A DNA stretch of 64,000 nucleotides from Pristiophorus japonicus (lineage: Eukaryota): NCBI RefSeq assembly GCF_044704955.1, contig NC_091987.1, positions 148,552,001 to 148,616,000 of the forward strand. The letters are read 5' to 3'. A program made the translations under genes and the position numbers. Positions 11,573-21,766 of this stretch are shown here, in pieces. The notes beneath the pieces were generated by a model, which saw only the letters and a program-made list of their open reading frames with translations, had not been told where the DNA came from and did not search any database. Numbering within the stretch: position 1 is the stretch's first letter; each line of letters opens with the position of its first letter.

Positions 11573-12121
11573 AGAATCTCTTTCGTCCTCCCAATTGTTC
11601 CTCTCCCAGCTCATTGCTCTCGCCAGTGTCAGTCTCCACAGCGTGCTGTGTCACCTCCTCCACTCCCTCCATTATAGGCACCAAATGAGTGAAAATATCT
11701 GGCTGGTAAAAGCTAACTCTTTTCTCACAATGTTGTATTAAGGTCGAAATTCTCCCTCTTACCCCCCAAAACAGACAAAGAAGCACCCACACCACACCCA
11801 CACACGCCTTCACTCCCTCTCTGCTCCATCTCTCTGTCTCCTCTTATGCGCATGTAATGATGATCCCTGACCTCCTGAAACACGGGAAACAAGCGTTGCC
11901 ATACCGTTGCTAAGGACGACGACACTTTACGGCAGAAGGTCAGAGAAATTTAACGCTAATGCCTATTTCAGATCGCCCACAATAACGCCCATTTTAGAAA
12001 ATGGAAAGTAGGCATTTTGAAAATGGGCGATAATACAGCGATCTGAAAACCATATTTACCACCCACGCCAGAAATAACGCCCATTTTTGGGCGATCTGCA
12101 CAAAAGTGGAAATTCTAGCCC

Positions 12122-12399
12122 TAGATCATTGATGTATACCACAAAAAGCAAGGGACCTAGTACTGAGCCCTGCGGAACCCCACTGGAAACATCCTTCCAG
12201 TTGCAAAAACATCCATCAATCATTACACTTTGCTTCCTGCTTTCGAGCCAATTTTGGATCAAACTTGCCACTTTGCCCTGGATTCCATGAGCTTTTACTT
12301 TTGTGACCAGTCTGCCATGTGGGACTTTATTAAAAGCTTTGCTAAAATCCATATACACTATATCATACGCTTTGCCTTCATCGACCCTCCTGGTTGCCT
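12122..12399 (-). mobile_element. CR1-type LINE A, middle segment
   Basis: YMDFSKAFNKVPH...[19 protein letters not shown]; contiguous with 3438 and with 13527. Confidence 0.88.
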
Positions 12400-13526
12400 T
12401 CAAATCACATGGTATTGGGGGTAACGTACTGACGTGGATAGGAAACTGGTTGGCAGACAGGAAGCAGAGAGTTGGGATAAACGGGTCCTTTTCAGAATGG
12501 CAGGCAGTGACTAGTGGAGTGCCGCAGGGCTCAGTGCTGGGACCCCAGCTCTTTGCAATATACATCAATGATTTAGATGAAGGAATTGAGTGTAATATCT
12601 CCAAGTTTGCAGATGACACTAAACTGGGTGGCGGTGTGAGCTGTGAGAGGGATGCTAGGAGGCTGCAGGGTGACTTGGACAGGTTAGGTGAGTGGGCAAA
12701 TGCATGGCAGATGAAGTATAATGTGGATAAATGTGAGGTTATCCACTTTGGGGGCAAAAACACGAAGACAGAATATTATCTGAATGGCGGCAGATTAGGA
12801 AAAGGGGAGGTGCAACGAGACCTGGGTGTCATGGTTCAGTCATTGAAAGTTGGCATGCAGGTACAGCAGGTGGTAAAAACGGCAAATGGTATGTTGGCCT
12901 TCATAGCACGGGGATTTGAGTATAGGAGCAGGGAGGTCTTAATGCAGTTGTACAGAGCCTTGGTGAGGCCTCACCTGGAATATTGTGTTCAGTTTTGGTC
13001 TCCTAAACTGAGGATGGAGATTCTTGCTATTGAGGGAGTGCAGCGAAGGTTCACCAGACTGATTTCTGGAATGGCTGGACTGACATATGAGGAGAGACTG
13101 GATCAACTGAGCCTTTAAACATTAGAGTTTAGAAGGCTGAGAGTGGATCTCATAGACATACAAGATTCTGACGGGATGGGACAGGTTAGATGCAGGTAGA
13201 ATGTTCCCGATGTTGGGAAAGTCCAGAACCAGGGGACACAGTCTTAGGATAAGGGGTAGGCCATTTAGGACTGAGATGAGGAGAAACTTCTTCACTCAGA
13301 GAGTTGTTAACCTGTGGAATTCCCTGCTGCAGAGAGTTGTTGATGCCAGTTCATTGGATATATTCAAGAGGGAGTTAGATATGGCCCTTACTGCTAAAGG
13401 GATCAAGGGGTATGGAGAGAAAGCAGGAAAGGGGTACTGAGGGAATGATCAGCCATGATCTTATTGAATGGTGGTGCAGGCTCGAAGGGCCGAATGGCCT
13501 ATTTCTGCACCTATTTTCTATGTTTC
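12400..13526 (+). mobile_element. 5'-truncated CR1-type LINE B inserted into LINE A
   Basis: [28 protein letters not shown], then 3' UTR and TTTCTATGTTTC tail; LINE A resumes on both sides. Confidence 0.9.
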
Positions 13527-13670
13527 TCGAAAAATTCAATGAAGTTAGTCAGACACGACCTTCCCGTAACAAATCCGTGCTGACTGTCCTTGATCCATGT
13601 CTTTCTAAATGAAGATTTATCCTGTCCTTCAGGACTTTTTCCAATAATTTTCCCACCACTGAGGTTAGGC
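13527..13670 (-). mobile_element. CR1-type LINE A, 5'-most remnant
   Basis: Reverse strand reads SQHGFVTGRSCLTNFIEFFE, continuing into the segment ending at 12399. Confidence 0.75.
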
Positions 13671-13859
13671 CTTTAGCATCCCAAGGGCTTCACAGGGGTA
13701 TTATGACATAAAAAAAATTGACACTGAGCGGCATAAGGAGAAATTAGTGCAGGTAACCAAAAGCTTGGTCAAAGAGGTAGGGTTAAAGGAGCGTCTTGAA
13801 GGAGGAGAGTTAGAGAGGCGGAGAGGTTTAGGCAGGCACTTCCAGAGCTTGGGGCCTAG

Positions 13860-14300
13860 TGCAGATTCACCAAAATTATACCCGGGCTTAGAGGGTTAAA
13901 GTATGAGGACAGGTTGTATAAACATGGCCTGTATTCTCTCAAGTTTAAAAGATTGAGGGTAATCTGATCGAGGTGTTTAAAATGTTCAAAGGATCGAAAG
14001 ATTAGATACAGGGAAACTGCTCCCTCTGGTGGAGGAATGAAGAACAAGGGGACATAATCTTAAACTTAGAGCTCGACCATTCAGGAGGGAAATCAGGAAG
14101 CACTTCTTCATAAGAAGGGGAGTAGAAATAGGGACCGTTCTCCCCAAATGGCAGTAGATGTTGAGAATCAAGTGGAGCTTTCAAAACTGAGATCGCATTT
14201 TCGAGCAAAGGCAGGTAAATGGTGTTGAGGTACAGATCAGTCATGAGTTAACTGGTTGGCGGAACAGGCTTAAGGGACTAAATAGCCTTCTCCTGCTGCT
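13860..14300 (+). mobile_element. Old CR1-type LINE 3' fragment
   Basis: RFTKIIPGLRGLKYEDRL...RTRGHNLKL...F..EIRKHFF followed by 3' UTR-like sequence. Confidence 0.75.
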
Positions 14301-14439
14301 ATTGCTCTCTCCCTTTCCATTTTACATCCTCATGACCCTCTCAGTCCCCGCTGGTCTCTCCCTCTCTCTACAATCCAGCCCCACATCCCTGCCCCTCAGT
14401 ACCCCCACTCTCCTCACCATTGTCTCTCAACATCTCAGA

Positions 14440-14815
14440 CCCAGTACCCAGCCTGGTACTGAGCCTCTCACACCCCATTACCCCAGGGTTAATGGCCCAG
14501 TACCCAGCTCTCACTGACCCTCTCACACCCCATTACCCCAGGGTTAATGCCCCAGTACCCAGCCTGGTACTGAGCCTCTCACACCCCATTACCCCAGGAT
14601 TAATGGCCCAGTTCCCCGCTCTCACTGACCCTCTCACACCCCATTACCCCAGGGTTAATGCCCCAGTACCCAGCCTGACACTGACCCTCTCACACCCCAT
14701 TACCCCAGGGTTAATGCCCCAGTACCCAGCCTGACACTGACCCTCTCACACCCCATTACCCCAGGGTTAATGCCCCAGTGCCCAGCCTGACACTGAGCCT
14801 CTCACACCCCATTAC
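14440..14815. repeat. 55-56 bp minisatellite, ~7 copies, at the 5' end of intron 1
   Basis: CTCTCACACCCCATTAC starts at 14465, 14520, 14576, 14631, 14687, 14743 and 14799; the last copy overlaps the exon 1 donor. Confidence 0.95.
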
Positions 14816-14819
14816 TCAC

Positions 14820-14868
14820 CTGCAGAGACCCCTCCACACAGAAGGGCCAGCACTATCAGTCCGATCAT
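14820..14868 (-). CDS. MHC class I heavy chain, exon 1 (signal peptide MIGLIVLALLCGGVSA)
   Basis: ATG at 14868; 16 codons plus 1 nt of hydrophobic leader ending V-S-A; donor CAG|GTGAGT. Phase 1 joins exon 2 in frame (G+GC = Gly1). Class I promoter motifs lie immediately upstream. Confidence 0.9.
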
Positions 14869-14990
14869 TGTTACTTCCCTCGCCGGGCTGGGATGAGCAA
14901 TTTGTGGGCAATCCTTTTCAAATGGATCGTGTAACTTAATCTGTGAGCTGTGAACAATTCAGATCTTGTGATTCCTGTGCTCAGTGCTGC

Positions 14991-15227
14991 TTTTATTACA
15001 CTCAGACTCCTCTGCACTGATTGGTTCAAGGGTATATTTGTGTCCAATTAGAATAAAAACAGGCTGTGAGTCAGCAGGCTCTGGGTAGAAAAGTCCCAGC
15101 GTTGAAGTCAATATAAACTTTCCAAATATCATAAGCTATCTATCCAGAGAAATACTGCGAGCTACATCATCAGTTGTCAAGTAGGATGAACTGAACAAGG
15201 TTGGATAATTAAACCAGAAACTGAAAG
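14991..15227 (-). promoter_or_regulatory. MHC class I proximal promoter: ISRE, S-X1-X2, X1-X2-Y, CCAAT, TATA-like
   Basis: On the minus strand: ISRE CTTTCAGTTTC (15217-15227); S CAACCT (15198-15203), 16 bp, X1 CTTGACAACTGA, X2 TGATGTA (15163-15169); then CCCAGAGCCTGC-TGACTCA (15067-15085), 18 bp, Y ATTGG (15044-15048); CCAAT (15020-15024); TAATAAAA (14991-14998). Confidence 0.8.
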
Positions 15228-15252
15228 CAGTTTGATACTGCACATGACAGGA

Positions 15253-15432
15253 AAGAACATTCGGGTCAGGAGGAGGCCATTTGGTCCCTCGGGCCTGCTC
15301 CGCCATTCAATCAGATCACGGCTGACCTGTACCTCAACTCCATTTACCTACCTTTGCTCCGTATCCTTCGATACCCTTACCCAGCAACAATCATCGCTCT
15401 CGATCTTAAAAGCTCCAATTGTCCCAAGTAGC
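15253..15432 (-). mobile_element. Old CR1-type LINE 3' UTR (continues at 19937-20360)
   Basis: AAGAACAT..AGGAGGAGGCCATT..CCCTCG 3' end motif; the sequence resumes after the SINE. Confidence 0.7.
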
Positions 15433-15762
15433 ATTGTTGTGGCACCCTTGTCTGAGCCAGAGGGTTTGAAACATAGAAACATCGAAAATAGGTGCAGGAG
15501 TGGGCCATTTGGCCCTTCGAACGTGCACCACCATTCAATAAGATCATGGCTGAACATTCCTTCAGTACCCCTTTCCTGCTTTCTCGCCATACCCCTTGAT
15601 CCCCTTAGCCATAAGGGCCATATTTAACTCCCTCTTGAATATATCCAATGAACTGGCATCAACAACTCTCTGCGTTAGGGAATTCCACAGGTTAACAACT
15701 CTGAGTGAAGAAGTTTCTCCTCATCTCAGTCCTAAATGGCCTACCCCTTATCCTAAGACTAT

Positions 15763-17253
15763 GGGGCCAAGTTTCGGCCTGAGTTGCTCCTGTTTTTTTG
15801 GAGCAACTGGTTTAGAATGGAGTATCTTAGAAATTCAAATTCTCAGCATTTAGTTTGCTCCAGTTCTAGTCAGTCAGAACAGTTTCACTTTGGAACAAAA
15901 TTTTTTTTTCAAAAGGGGGCGTGTCCGGCCACTTACGCCTGTTTCAAAGTTTACACAGTGAAAACTTATTCCAAACTAACTTAGAATGGAGTAAGTGAAG
16001 ATTTTTGTACGTTCGAAAAAACCTTGTCTACACTTTAGAAAATCAGGCGTAGGTTACAAATTAGGCGTAGGGAATGGTGGGGGGGGGGAGGTTTAAAGGG
16101 AAGTTTACAAACATTAAACACTTTAGTGTTACAAATAAAGAGCCATCATCAATAATAAATAATAAATACATCAATAAATCAACCAATAAATCAATCAAAA
16201 AAAATTAATAAAAAATAAAAAAAATTAAAAAGATTAATAAATGAAACATTTTCTACTTACCGACTGCAGCACCGGGAGTCCTCCAACAGCGTGCTGGGAG
16301 GGAAGTAGAGAGGAGGAAGGGATGGAAGGAGAGAGGGGGAGAGGAGGGAAGGAGAGAGGGAGAGAGGAGGGAAGGAGAGAGGAGTGAGGGAGAGAAGGAG
16401 AGAGGAGTGAGGGAGGGAAGGAGAGAGGAGNNNNNNNNNNNNNNNNNNNNNNNNNNNNNNNNNNNNNNNNNNNNNNNNNNNNNNNNNNNNNNNNNNNNNN
16501 NNNNNNNNNNNNNNNNNNNNNNNNNNNNNNNNNNNNNNNNNNNNNNNNNNNNNNNNNNNNNNNNNNNNNNNNNNNNNNNNNNNNNNNNNNNNNNNNNNNN
16601 NNNNNNNNNNNNNNNNNNNNNNNNNNNAAGGAGGCTGAACGGCCAGGCCCAAGACTTCGGGCTGGATTTACAGGTAGGTGGCTTCGGGTCTCGGGCGGGC
16701 GGGCGGGGGGGGGGGTCGCGGAGGTCCGGGGGCGCGGTGGGGGGGGAAAGAGTCTCGGAGGTCCGGGGGGGGTTGGGGGGGAGGGAGAGTCGCGGAGGTC
16801 CGGGGGGGGAGCGGAGGTCGGGTCACCGGGGGGGGGGGGGCAGGGGTCAGGTCGCCGGGGTGGGGGAAGCAGAGGTCAAGTTGCGGAGGTCCGGGGGGGG
16901 GAGGGGAGAGCGGGGGTCCGGTCGGGTGGGAGGAGCCTTATCCACGCAGCCCCAGTGAGGCCATTTGGCCAGGGCTAGGGGCTGCGTGCTTCGGGCCCAT
17001 CCCACAGTTCGGCGCCTGGAGCTACTGCACATGCGTGCCCACTGTAGCGCGCATGTGCAGGGGTCCCGGCACTGTTTTCAGCGCAGGGATCTGGCTCCGC
17101 CCCCTACAGCTCGTGCTGCGCCGCGCCCAGCTCCAGAGGGCCTGCAGGGAGCAGGAGAATAGGTAAGTTTTTTTTAGGCGCACTTTCTGGCGCGAAAAAT
17201 GGACGTCCAGGTCCAGGCTGCGCCGTTTTAGGCGCAGCCCGAAACTTGGGCCC
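15763..17253. mobile_element. Non-autonomous DNA transposon with 15-bp TIRs; contains an N gap
   Basis: GGGGCCAAGTTTCGG ... CCGAAACTTGGGCCC (14/15), AT on both flanks; the LINE sequence CCTAAGACT / TGTCCCCTGG rejoins across it; no transposase ORF. Confidence 0.85.
16431..16627. other. Assembly gap (197 N)
   Basis: N run within GA/G-rich low-complexity sequence. Confidence 0.99.
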
Positions 17254-19534
17254 ATTGTCCCCTGGTTCTGGACTTCCCCAACATCGGGAACATTCTTGCC
17301 GCATCTATCGCGTCCAGTCCCGTCAGAATCTTATATGTTTCGATGAGATCCCATCTCATCCTTCTAAACTCCAGTGAATAAAGGCACAGTTGATCCAGTC
17401 TCTCCTCATATGACAGCCCAGCAATCCCTGGAATCAGTCTGGTGAACCTTCGCTGCAATCCCTCAATAGCAAGAACGTCCTTCCTCAGATTAGGAGACCA
17501 AAACTGAACACAATATTCCAGGTGAGGCCTCACTAAGGCCCTGTACAGCTGCATTAAGACCTCCCTGCTTCTATATTCAAATCCCCTAGCTATGAAGGCC
17601 AACATACAATTTGCCTTCTTCACCGCCTGCTGCACCTGCGTGCCCACTTTCAGTGACTGATGAACCATGACACCCAGGTCTCGTTGCACCTCCCCTTTTC
17701 CTAGTCTGCCGCCATTCAGATAATATTCTGCCTTCGTGTTTTTGCCCCCAAAATGGATAACCTCGCATTTATCCACATTATACTGCATCTGCCATGTATT
17801 TGCTCACTCACCTAACCTGTCCAAGTCACCCTGCAGCCTCTTAGCGTCCTCCTCACAGCTCACACCGCCATCCAGTTTAGTGTCATCTGCAAACTTGGAG
17901 ATATTACACTCTATTTCTTCATCTAAATCATTGATGTATATTGCAAAGAGCTGGGGTCCCAGCACTGAGCCCTGCGGCACTCCATTAGTCACTGCCTGCC
18001 ATTCTGAAAAAAACCCGTTTATCCCGACTCTCTGTTTCCTGTCTGCCAACCAGTTCTCTATCCACGTCAGTATATTACCCCCGATACCATGTGCTTTGAT
18101 TTTGCACACCAATCTCTTGTGCGGGACCTTGTCAAAAGCCTTTTGAAAGTCCAAATACACCACATCCACTGGTTCTCCCTTGTCCACTCTGCTCAAAAAA
18201 TTCCAGAAGATTCATCAAGCATGATTTCCCTTTCATAAATCCATGCTGACTTGGTCCGATCCTGTCACTGCTTTCCAAATGCGCTGCTATTTCATCCTTA
18301 ATGATTGATTCCAACATTTTACCCACTATTGATGTCAGACTAACTGGTCTATAATTACCTCTCTCCCTCCTTTTTTAAAACGTGGTGTTACATTAGCTAC
18401 CCTCCAGTCCACAGGAACTAATCCAGAGTCGATAGACTGTTGGAAAATGATAACCAATGCATCCACTATATCTAGGGCCACTTCCTTGAGTTCTCTGGGA
18501 TGCAGACTATCAGGCCCCGGGGATTTATCAGCCTTCAATCCCATCAATTTCCCTAACACAATTTCCCGCCTAGGGATATCCTTCAGGTCCTCCTTCTCAC
18601 TAGACCCACTATCCCCTAGTACATTCGGAAGGTTATTTGTATCTTCTTTCGTGAAGACAGAACCGAAGTATTGGTTCAATTGGTCTGCCATTTCTTTGTT
18701 CCCATTATAAAATCACCTGAATCCGACTGCAAGGGACCTACGTTTGTCTTTACTAATCTTTTTCTCTTCACATATTTATGAAGCTTTTGCAGTCAGTTTT
18801 TATATTCCCTGCAAGCTTCCTCTCATAGTCTATTGTCCCCTCCTAATTAAACCCTTAGTCCTCCTCTGTTGAATTCTAAATTTCTCCCAGTTCTCAGGTC
18901 TGTTGCTTTTTCTAGCCAATTTATATGCCTCTTCCTTGGCTTTAACACTATCCTTAATTTCCTTTGTTAGCCATGGTTGAGCCATCTTCCCAGTTTTAAT
19001 TTTACTCCAGACAGGGATGAACAATTGCTGAAGTTCATCCATGTGATCTTTAAATGTTTGCCTCTGCTTATCCACCGTCAACCCTTTGAGTATCCTTTGC
19101 CAGTCTATTTTAGCCAATTCACGCCTCATACCGTCGAAGTTACGTTTCCTTAAGTTCAGGACCCTAGTTTCTGAATTAACTTTGTCACTCTCCATCTTAA
19201 TAAGGAATTCTACCATATTATGGTCACGTTTCCCCAAGGGGCCTCGCACAACAAGATTGCTAATTAGTCCCTTCTCATTACACATCACCCAGCCGAGGAT
19301 GGCCAGCTCCCTGGTTGGTTCCTCGACATATTGGTCTAGAAAACCATCCCAATACACTGCAGGAAATCCTTCTCCACCGCATTGCTACCAGTTAGGTTAG
19401 CCCAATCAATATGTAGATTAAAGTTGCTCATGATTACTGCTGTACCTTTATTGCACACATCCCTTATTTCTTGTTTGATGCTGACCCCAACCTCACTACT
19501 ACTATTTGGTGGTCTATACACAACTCCCACTAGC

Positions 19535-19936
19535 GTTGTGGGTTCAAGTCCCACTCTCGAGATTTAAGTACAAAAATCTAGGCTGACACTCCAGTGCAGT
19601 GCTGAGGGAGAGCTGCAATGTCTTTCGGATGAGACGTTAAACCGAGACCCCGTCTGCTGTCTCGGGTGGATATAAAAGATCTCATGGCACTATATCGAAG
19701 AAGAGCAGGGGAGTTATTGCCGGTGTCCTGGCCAATATTTATCCCTCAATCAACATAACAAAAACAGATTATCTGGTCATTATCACATTGCTGTTTGTGG
19801 GAGCTTGCTGTACACAAATTGGCTGCCACGTTTCCCACATTACAACAGTGACACTTCAAAAAGTACTTCATTGGCTGTGAAGCGCTTTGGGATGTCCGAT
19901 GGTTGTGAAAGGCGCTATATAAATACAAATCTTTCT
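19535..19936 (+). mobile_element. tRNA-derived SINE (DeuSINE-like); 5' head displaced to 15433-15467
   Basis: B-box GGTTCAAGTCC at ~19541; body GTCTTTCGGATGAGACGTTAAACCGAG; tail GCGCTATATAAATACAAATCTTTC. The head TCTGAGCCAGAGGGTT lies on the other side of the LINE. Family name is from recall only. Confidence 0.75.
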
Positions 19937-20360
19937 TCCAACGTCCTCTGGGTTTGGGGGGGAGTTCCAGATTTCTGTTACCCTTTCTGTGTAAATGTGT
20001 TTCCTGATTTCACTCCTAAATCAGCCTTGCTCTAATTTTAAGATTATGTCCCCTCTTTCTTCATTCCCCCACCAGAGGAAATAGTTTCCCTGTTTCTACC
20101 CTATCGAAACCTGTTAACATTATAAATATCTGGATTCGATCACCCCTCAACTTTCTATACGCCAGGGAATACAAGCCAAGTTTAAGCAACCTCCCTTTAA
20201 AGCTCCGTACCTTTCTGGTCAATCTGTGCTGCTCCCCCGCCAAGGTCAATCTATCCTTCCTGAGGTGTGGGGCCCAGAACTGATCAGTGTCCAGATAGGG
20301 TCTGACCAGGGCTCTGTACAACTTGCTCCCCTTTGTATTGCAGCCCCTCGAGATAAACAT
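19937..20360 (-). mobile_element. Old CR1-type LINE 3' coding fragment
   Basis: LYRALVRPYL..QFWAPHLRKD...LGLYSL..LRGD. Confidence 0.8.
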
Positions 20361-21008
20361 TCCATCAGACAGACTGGGGAAATGGGCAGATGAAATTTAA
20401 TGCAGACAAGTGTGAAGTCATGCATTTTGGAGGGAAGAATGTGGGGAGGCAATATAAACGAAACAATGCAATTTTAAAGGGGTACAGGAACAAGGAGACC
20501 TGGGGGTTTATGTACACAAATCTTTGGAAATGGCAGGACAAGTTGGTAAGTCTGTTAAAAAGCGTACAGGATCCTTGGCTCTTCAAATACTGACAGAGAG
20601 TAGAAAAGCAAGGGCGTTATGCTGAACATTTAGAGAGCAGTAATTAGGCCCCAGCTGGAGTATTGTGTCCAATTCTGGGCACTGTACTTTAGGAAGGATG
20701 TTGAGGCCTGGGAGAGGATGCAGAGAAGATTTACTAGAATGTTCTCCTTAGAGCAGAGAAGGTAAATAAGGAGAAAGTGTTTCCAGTGGGAGAAGACGCA
20801 GTAACCATAGGGCACAGATTTAAGCGAATTGATAAAAGAACCAGAGAGAAGATGAGAATTATTTTTACACAGTAAGTTGTTGTGATCTGGAATGCACTGC
20901 CTGAAAGGGTGGTGGAAGCAGATTCAATAATAACACTGAAAAGCGAATTGGATAAATATTTGAAGGACAGAAATGTGCAGGGCTATGGGGAAAGAGCAGG
21001 GGAATGGG
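20361..21008 (+). mobile_element. Old CR1-type LINE 3' fragment
   Basis: WQMKFNADKCEVMHFG...RPQLEYCVQFWA...QGYGERAG; its UTR resumes at ~21383-21416 after a SINE. Confidence 0.8.
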
Positions 21009-21009
21009 C

Positions 21010-21382
21010 CACGGCAGCATAGTGGTAATGTTACTGACCAGTAATCCAGAGGCCTGGATTAATAATACATGAATTCAAATCCCACCACGGCAGCCGGGGA
21101 ATTTAAATTCGGTTAAATAAATCTGGAATTAAAAAGCTAGTGTCAGTAACGGTGACCATGGAACTACCGGATTGTGGTAAAAATCCATCTGTTTCACTGA
21201 TGTCCTTTCAGGAAGGAAATCTGCCACCCTTACCCGGTCTGGCCGATATGTGACTCCAGACCCACAGCAATGTGGTTGGCTCTTAACTGCCCTCTGAAAT
21301 GGTCCAGCAAGACACTCAAGGGCAATTAGGGATAGGCAATAAATGGCAGTTACGCATACATCCTATGAATGAATAGAAAGAA
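21010..21382 (+). mobile_element. Second tRNA-derived SINE
   Basis: A-box-like GGCAGCATAGTGG, B-box-like GAATTCAAATCCC, TGAATGAATAGAAAG tail; interrupts the LINE 3' end. Confidence 0.7.
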
Positions 21383-21766
21383 AATTGGATAACTCTTTCA
21401 AAGAGCCAGCACAGGCAATTTTACAGTGGTGGATTTAAACAAACACTGAATGTGGTAATGAACTCTGATGATGTGAAACCTATTTCCTGGGGATGTGTTC
21501 CTGCAGCGTTACCTCTGGAGTCACTCAAATATCGATCCTTGGCCCTCTCCGATCGGCCTCCTTCTGTGCTCTATCAATCTATGATTTTATTCTATGAATC
21601 TATTTGACGCACGACACCCTGAGCACTGACACCCTGAGCTGTGAGGCTAAACATGGAGGTTATATCGGGAACTGGTCCTGGGCAAGTTGTGGCTCGCACA
21701 CTGTGAGTGTGAGAGATGTGCTCGATGCCGGGTTTTATGATGAGAGAAGGTGGAGTTAACATTGGT

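Larger units (their letters stand above)
5700..11672 (-). pseudogene. Harbinger Myb/SANT-like (trihelix) DNA-binding gene, spliced, disrupted by the Gypsy insertion
   Basis: Exon 1 has ATG at 11672 and reads GGRKRF|[LTR element]|SDEVNAPLMQEVESRW...IAEVVSS...RKRWNDL to a GTAAGT donor at 7143. Exon ~6749-6903 carries RRTGGGPP and a GTGAGT donor. An acceptor TTTTGCAG at 6462 precedes a Pro/Ser-rich exon. The left end is approximate. Confidence 0.8.
3439..12121 (+). mobile_element. PIF/Harbinger-type DNA transposon, decayed, carrying a nested Gypsy element
   Basis: Terminal inverted repeats GGGCTAGATTTTCCA (3439) and TGGAAATTCTAGCCC (ends 12121), 14/15 match. Convergent transposase and Myb/SANT genes; repeated subterminal CGCCC motifs; cleanly interrupts LINE A. 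Confidence 0.92.
1384..14819 (-). other. Intron 1 of the MHC class I gene (13,436 bp, mostly transposons)
   Basis: GT at 14819-14818 and AG at 1385-1384 with matching phase; no other leader-like exon seen between them. Confidence 0.8.
15468..19534 (-). mobile_element. CR1-type LINE (endonuclease remnant plus RT), split by a TIR element
   Basis: GAAACATA tail at 15468; GVVYRPPN and VIMSNFN (APE domain), [25 protein letters not shown]; stops and frameshifts. Confidence 0.92.

Noticed and set aside
12056-13118. Overlapping 235-aa and 271-aa ORFs as novel genes
   Set aside because: Chance fusions across the junction of two oppositely oriented LINEs.
13675-13859. Repeat-like fragment between LINE A and the next LINE
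   Set aside because: It looks like the 3' end of another retroelement, but I cannot assign family or boundaries.
19535-19560. tRNA gene suggested by the GGTTCAAGTCC B-box (also ~21070)
   Set aside because: No cloverleaf; both are SINE heads followed by SINE bodies.
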